A DNA stretch of 64,000 nt from Perkinsela sp. CCAP 1560/9 (lineage: Eukaryota; Protista; Euglenozoa: Kinetoplastea). The notes under the pieces were generated by a model. That model saw only the letters and a list, made by a program, of their open reading frames with translations. It was not told the origin of the DNA and ran no database searches. The stretch is from positions 310,001 to 374,000 of the forward strand of contig CBFFSA010000010.1 in the NCBI GenBank assembly GCA_965644495.1. Direction: 5' to 3'. Positions 57,826-64,000 of this stretch are shown here, piece after piece (positions within the stretch are counted from its first letter, which is position 1; each line of letters starts with the position of its first letter). Made by a program: the position numbers and the translations under genes.

Positions 57826-59559
57826 GAACGGGGGGAGAAGGGGGGGAGGGAAGGCACGGGGGGGGGAAAGAGGGTGTGTATGGCTTGAAGAGAAGCCGAA
57901 AACGTTCGACCGGTATCGGACATGGCGGTGTCTGAAATACCGGTTCCTTGCTTTGAGTTGGGCGCCAGAAAGGTCTATTTTGAGGGTAGCTCAGGATGGA
58001 GATGAGCTCATGTCTTTTGTGCGATTTACTTTTTTCGAAAGTTGAGCCGATTGGGCATAGCTACGGAGGGTTATCCTTGGAGAATATCGTTTGAGGTTCG
58101 AATTTTGATATTTTCTCCGACTTTGCTACACTTTTCTTGGTGTTTTCTGACAAAGTCCCGGGAGAACCGGAACTGTGATGTCTAGAAATGTTTAGTCGGT
58201 AAGATTCTGATCATGTAGGCATGGTGATCGTAACTCGACTCAATAAGATTTCCTTCATCTTTCGAGTTCTTCGGAAGTCAGAGAGCCTTTATGTGTAAAA
58301 TTCTGTAAAAATGAATGTCCTGTACGTTCTTGAGTTTTCTTGATATTAATAGATACGATTCATCAACGCAATGCAGTACTTTGCTCTCGTAAACATTCCT
58401 TTGTGCCCATATTTGTGCTCCTAATTTTTTCCTGAATTTCAAATTCTAACCACGTCTTCTATGAGTCACATACTTTCGGCGTTCTCTACCAAAGAGGTGG
58501 AGTTTGAAGACATTTCCCTGAAACAGCAAGTCGGGCTATCGTGGGGAGCATGTTGGGGATGGAGAAAACCGACGTAAGTAAAAGTACCGCTCAAGCGGGG
58601 TTTGCTGGGCTCTGGTTGTACGCAGGGGATTTTAAGATTTTATATTTTTTGTCGTATGTTGCGCTTGAGATCACAGCAACGTATTTATCTTCCTAGAGGA
58701 CACCCGAGTTTTACGGCGACGCTCTTGCGTATGAGCTTCGATCAAGAGCTGTGCATTTCGAATTCTGGTAGTCGCCGCCGTTGCGTGGACCACTGGCCCT
58801 TGTGGGAGATGAGCACTGCTCACCTGCTCAGTAACAAAGATTAGTCGATTCAATGCCGACATGTATAAAATGTTGAATATTTAATATTCTATGAAAGCAA
58901 TAAAGTTGGATAAATCGCTGACTTATCCAACTACGCTAGTTGTCCAAACAATCACAATCTTTTTGGATACGTAGCGTACTTGGATGCCTACGGGAGGGGG
59001 TAACGGTAAGTAGTTAGAGTTTTAGAGAGGTGACTCTGGGTGGGAGCGCCTAGGATATCTTTCGTCAAAGTTTTTTACGCCTCCGCTGCCCGGAGATGGG
59101 GTGGGATTCGACCACAGCCTGCACGAGTGCAGTTCCACCTTCTCCGAGGTTATAAGTTTAGCACACGGGAAATAAGCCTGGGAAAAAATAGCCTATTCCC
59201 GGAGATGGACTTACCACCAGGGGTCCGAAAAACTTCAAAAACTATAAATATAGCACTTTATAGTACTATATTTTTTTTCATGCTATATATTGAAAAACTA
59301 CATTTTTCACCTAGAGTTTTCAACAATCGAAAGAAATTCCCTAGTAATTTATTGCCTCAAACATAAATGTTTTTTGTCTATAGATCTTCATATCGGTGTT
59401 TGACGGCTCGGCCGTTCAACAGAGGTTTGTTGACTCATCGAAAGCCGTGTAGCACGAACGTTTGGGTCGTCCAGTGGAAATCTATTCTACTGGGTTGAGT
59501 GGGGAAGTCTTGTTTGAGGATTTTCCAAAATCCGTCGACAAGTTTACCAAAATCCGTCG

Positions 59560-59800
59560 ACAAGTATTTTAAATGACAATGCCTTCGACGGGACCCCAGA
59601 ATCTGCGTTCGCTTCCCGCAGACCTTGAGTAGCTGGACATTTCAAATAATCTTTTTAAGGGTGCGGCATGCTTTGAATTCTTCCCCCCATCGCTGTTTTA
59701 TGCTCACTTTAATCATAATCTTGGGGGATTCTTGAATGTGGAGGGCGTTTTAAAGAAACTTTTCTACGATGTTCATGAAACAGAGATTAAAGTGAGTAAT
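59560..59800 (+). pseudogene. LRR family fragment
   Basis: LNDNAFDG / NLRSLPADLE*LDISNNLFKG with a frameshift and a stop. Confidence 0.6.
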
Positions 59801-60668
59801 GGGGTGATGCAATTCCTGGTCGGGAAAATCAAGGATTTGGAGGAAACCTGCTCAATGACATGGGAGCTTAGTCGTTACACACGACCGCGAAGAGTATGAG
59901 TTGTTCCTTCGTAAATACACTAATGAACCTACTCATTTATTTATGAGGAAATTTTTCCTCAATTGGAGTTCAGCTATGACGAGGACTAGTTCAACTTTGA
60001 CGAAGTGGAGAGGAAGGATTGTTTGAAAAAAAGGCATTCTGTTTATTTTTGGACGCCATCTCAAATACCTAACTTATCCACTCAGTTTGTCTGTACTAAT
60101 TTTTTACTTTCTATCCTTAGTTTTTTTCGTGTGAACTTTTGTAGGAGTGGGAAACTAAAACCTTCCGGGCTCGATTTTTACGTTAGATCATCTACATTTT
60201 TAGATCATCTACGTTAGATCTACGTTAGATCATCTACATTTTTAACTGAATACAGCCATTATAGCTACATGGAATATAAGTTTGTTGAAGGAGGGGATAC
60301 GCATTTCACCGCTTCACACCTCCCCGACGCCCTTGAGTTGGAGTTCTGCCTCCCTTGGGTGAGTGCTGCCCTCTTTCTCCGCAGACCGAAGAGGTCATAC
60401 GTCATGGTCGCCTCCGTTGAGGACCGCTAGACGTGGCGCGCACTGGTTATAACACGCCTCTTTCGTGATACGTAAAGAGGGGGTTGAGCTAGGATTTCTC
60501 TCCCGAGCATCAGACGCGTTGTAACACGCTATGGCCACAGATGGGCTTCTCCCGATCTGCCATAACCGAATCCCGGACGCCACGCACCTGCCGTTCAATG
60601 CGGCATAGAATCGATACTATCGCTTGCGCCCGAGCGCCGCATGAACCTTAAATTATATGCACTACAAA

Positions 60669-60802
60669 TGGGTGAGGCCCAAGACGAGATCACGCGAGAT
60701 CTCTCGAGAGCGGATTAGCCTCGGGAAGGATGGTTTATTCCTCGGGAGGGTCGTTGGACGACCTCAAAACGAGATCACGGGACATCATACCTGCAGCCCC
60801 TC
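60669..60802. mobile_element. Inverted, partial GAG...CTC family MITE
   Basis: gggtgaggcccaagacgagatcacgcgagatctctcgagagcggat is the reverse complement of ~3510-3554; ends cctgcagcccctc. Confidence 0.75.
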
Positions 60803-61031
60803 AGTTATGTAGAGAGAGACGAATTGCGGTGGCTGTATAACTATCGCTTTACCCTCGATTATTGAAAAAATTATCTACAGAGATTAGAGATTATAGCGAG
60901 GGACTAATTATCTAGAGAGATAATCTATTAGTATATCCACTTAATATACCGGGGAGGTAGGCTGGACAGGGGTTCGGTAGTAACATCTGCATCTGTATAA
61001 TAGATCGTACACTTTACAACTTTAAAACACG

Positions 61032-61083
61032 TAATAGTACTAATACTAATAGTACTAATACTAATAGTACTAATACTAATAGT
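61032..61083. repeat. 15-bp tandem repeat (taatagtactaatac) x~3.5 just upstream of an LRR start
   Basis: Read directly. Confidence 0.9.
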
Positions 61084-61090
61084 AGTCTTA

Positions 61091-61762
61091 ATGGCTCATC
61101 CTAGAAATGATATGCACGCCATTTTACTCATGAGTGTCGATATCTCATATCGTCCAAGCAAGGTTCGTGGCACTGTGTTACCACAGGAATACACATTGTC
61201 TAGATTTGTGAGTAATCTATCGGAAAAGGAGTTAACATGGAGTGAGGAAAAACCCGCGTGTGAGTGGAAGTACGTAGTATGCAATGAGGAAAAACAAGTG
61301 ACGTCTCTACATTGGGAAAACAAAATGTACGATTACGCACCAGAATATCCTTCCTTGGCAGGTGAACTCCTGTGGGAGCACATGCCACGTGCGTTAATTT
61401 CCTTTACTGCGTACCTTCAGAATTTAGTAGGCTCCGTTCAACTTTCCGTACTACCAAACTCTTTAAAAAAGTTTGATCTTTCTATGAACAAATGTACCGG
61501 ATTCATAGATCTGGTACATCTGCCCAACACCTTGGAATATTTGAATTTAAGTTTTAATCAATTTGAAGGGGAGATTGATCTAACTCAGCTTCCCGGATGT
61601 CTAAGGCACCTGGACCTAAGATCCAATTATCTCTCTGGTAGTTTGGATTTGACCCGTGTCCCCGAAAATGTGCAGAAGTTCGTTCTTTCAAAAAATTACT
61701 TTGTTAAACCGCACGTTGTGCCTAAAAATATAGAATTTGGAGATCAGAAAGACGACGAATAG
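61091..61762 (+). CDS. LRR family protein
   Basis: SKVRGTVLPQEYTL, PACEWKYVVC, ~5 LRRs. Confidence 0.85.
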   Translation: MAHPRNDMHAILLMSVDISYRPSKVRGTVLPQEYTLSRFVSNLSEKELTWSEEKPACEWKYVVCNEEKQVTSLHWENKMYDYAPEYPSLAGELLWEHMPRALISFTAYLQNLVGSVQLSVLPNSLKKFDLSMNKCTGFIDLVHLPNTLEYLNLSFNQFEGEIDLTQLPGCLRHLDLRSNYLSGSLDLTRVPENVQKFVLSKNYFVKPHVVPKNIEFGDQKDDE

Positions 61763-62951
61763 TCATTATTCAGTGAACCATCCTTTGGGTATGTATCCGT
61801 GGAGGGCGGCACTCATTAGATCGTACGAAAATAAATTAAATCGGGTATCTTGTACTCATGCTGTTCGGTACAGTCTGAGTTTGGGTACAGTCTGTACCTA
61901 AAATAACATTTTTCACCTTCTATTTTTAAAAAACATATTTGTTGAAAACTATATTCTCAAAAAGAACCAAAGAATAGATTTTGTTCATTTGATTAGCGGT
62001 ATTTGAGCCACATACGACCAACTTTTTACGCCATTTGTCTGTGGACTGCTCCGGGTGTATTAGCGTTTGTCACACCAATATGCCAATATCCCGGGACAAA
62101 TTTGCCTATTAGAGCTACAACTGTAGTAGTGTATCCAAGGACAATGTAGGAGTATAGTACAGGGAAATAACTTCTTGCCATGACGCCCTGCATGATGCCT
62201 AGCCAAAGATAAGCGTGGACAAGAAAGAAGCTGGGAGGGAAGTACTCACTTCACGGGAGTGGCTGGGAGGGGTCAAGGGATCGAGAGGCGTCCCCCGCTT
62301 CAGCGAGAAATGGGGACAGTTCCAGTCTTAGTACCGGCAGGAAAAGGGCATAAAAATACAGTGTGGAAATAACGGGCATGGAATTTTGACAAAGTTACGC
62401 TCGTTGCGTGGGGAAGAAATGATGAACTAAGTAGAAAAAGTACAGAAAGTCTAATATCGATCAAAACGAAGAAGTGGAATATATCAAGAAATGGAAAGCA
62501 TCCAGTCAACCGAGGTTGGTAAATTGCATTTCGTGGTTTCTCCACACTAGAGAAAGATATCGGATTAAGAAATAATCGACAGTTTTTCTTATAAAAAGTA
62601 TTAAACTTATAAAGTAAACACTCACATACCATTTTGAAACCCAATCCCCAGGAAGGGGGGAATATGCCTGCGCACCGCTGTGCTTTAACCCGTCCCGTAA
62701 TAAGCCCCGCACTGTAGATGAGAAAAAAATACATTGGCTGTCTGCGCGACTTCAATAGGTGTCACAGTTCGAGTTTTAGTTGCCCATCGCACCATACTGG
62801 CATTGCGGTGCATCCAAGAATTTGCCCAGGAAATCGAAAACTTCAGCATGCCACCTTTCAGCACTGTGTGTCCCGTTTGTCGCTGTTCTCTGATACCTTT
62901 CGCAATGTTGGCTACGAGCTGCGCCGACGGCAACGCCAGTTTGTCGAATCA

Positions 62952-63151
62952 NNNNNNNNNNNNNNNNNNNNNNNNNNNNNNNNNNNNNNNNNNNNNNNNN
63001 NNNNNNNNNNNNNNNNNNNNNNNNNNNNNNNNNNNNNNNNNNNNNNNNNNNNNNNNNNNNNNNNNNNNNNNNNNNNNNNNNNNNNNNNNNNNNNNNNNNN
63101 NNNNNNNNNNNNNNNNNNNNNNNNNNNNNNNNNNNNNNNNNNNNNNNNNNN
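62952..63151. other. Assembly gap (200 N)
   Basis: N run. Confidence 1.
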
Positions 63152-63513
63152 GGTTGTTTTCTGTGTCGCGTAATGATTTTTCAGGGAATCTAGACCTGAC
63201 GCTTCTCCCAGGACAACTTCAAAGACTTTTTCTGCATGAAAATCTTTTTGTTGGAAGTGTAAACTTAACCTGTCTCCCGAAAGAACTTACAGTTTTGCAC
63301 TTGACCGGTAATAAGTTGAATGGTGAGTTGGTTCTGCGCTCCCTTCCGCCGTTTATGCGTACACTTTCCCTTGGGAACAACGCTTTTACGGGAAAAGTAG
63401 CATTTGACGCCTTACCAGCAACAATGGAAGATTTGAATTTGAAAGGAAATATCTGCGATTTGGAAGTGCAGTCTTGGCCAATTCCAAAATGTGTTACAAT
63501 TACTGTACTGTAG
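63152..63513 (+). CDS. 3' part of an LRR family gene (paralog of 19968-20806); 5' end lost in the gap
   Basis: NKLNGELVLRSLP..RTLSLGNNAFTGKV..DALP..IPKCV aligns to 20480-20806. Confidence 0.75.
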
Positions 63514-64000
63514 TGCAGTACTTTAACTTTGTATGTTTTAGAAAAAAACAAATGAGGACAAAAATTCCACATGTACACATGTAACTATATCAATTCTTAC
63601 AGTGACGAGTTACAGTTAGATAATATAAAGAAATTGTTTGCAGGCAAATCCCTTGTCAAAAGGTTGGCTCCCAGTGTTGAACATGGTTAAGCAGTACAAA
63701 AGGGGTGGTTCAGTTTTCATCTAATGTAGGGGAGTCTGGTATTTTAGAAAACGAAAAAAATATTTATAGAAACTGTACAGCATGACGCCAAAACTGTACG
63801 GGAAAGCCTTTTTACCTTTCGATTTTGGACTTTAAAAAATCGTATAAACATTCTGAAAACTCAAAGTATCGAGGATACGCTTTCTTCAAAGCTGGCCTCC
63901 ACCTTTAAAATAATTTTGCGCTTTTAGAATTCCCCTTTTTCTTATGTAACGCTTTCTACCTCAGTTTTTTTCATTTCCTTGGATTTCATCATCTATGTCC

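Noticed and set aside
57900-60650. Possible additional genes or RNA genes between PGK and the 61091 LRR
   Set aside because: Only short ORFs; no tRNA, rRNA or spliced-leader signature recognised by eye.
62718-63513. ORFs 62718-63173 and 62734-63513 as continuous genes
   Set aside because: They read through a 200-N gap; only the LRR part after the gap is supported.

Overview
Eukaryotic window, most consistent with a kinetoplastid, possibly a non-trypanosomatid such as a Perkinsela- or bodonid-like lineage (inference). All credible host genes are intronless and on the + strand, as in a polycistronic unit. They are RAD51, an EDRF1-like protein, an ARM/PH/coiled-coil protein (SYCP2/KKT17-18-like architecture), an HscB-type co-chaperone, a triple-BRCT protein, a VP39-type cap 2'-O-methyltransferase and a PAS-like PGK ending in PTS1 (AKL). 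The intergenic spaces hold about 10 copies or fragments of one small LRR gene family and many mostly decayed mobile elements: Tc1/IS630, pogo, hAT, PIF/Harbinger-like, Merlin, IS30-like, CRE/SLACS non-LTR fragments and MITEs. The most notable unexplained signals are: (1) ~1-kb islands where composition flips from C/A-rich to G/T-rich regardless of gene boundaries; (2) two copies of a ~190-nt covarying hairpin joined to a conserved ~160-nt flank; (3) a DDE_Tnp_4 transposon family with GAG...CTC ends, 4-bp TSDs and an unknown accessory ORF; (4) the dispersed LRR repertoire. All family calls come from motif recognition by eye; no searches were run.
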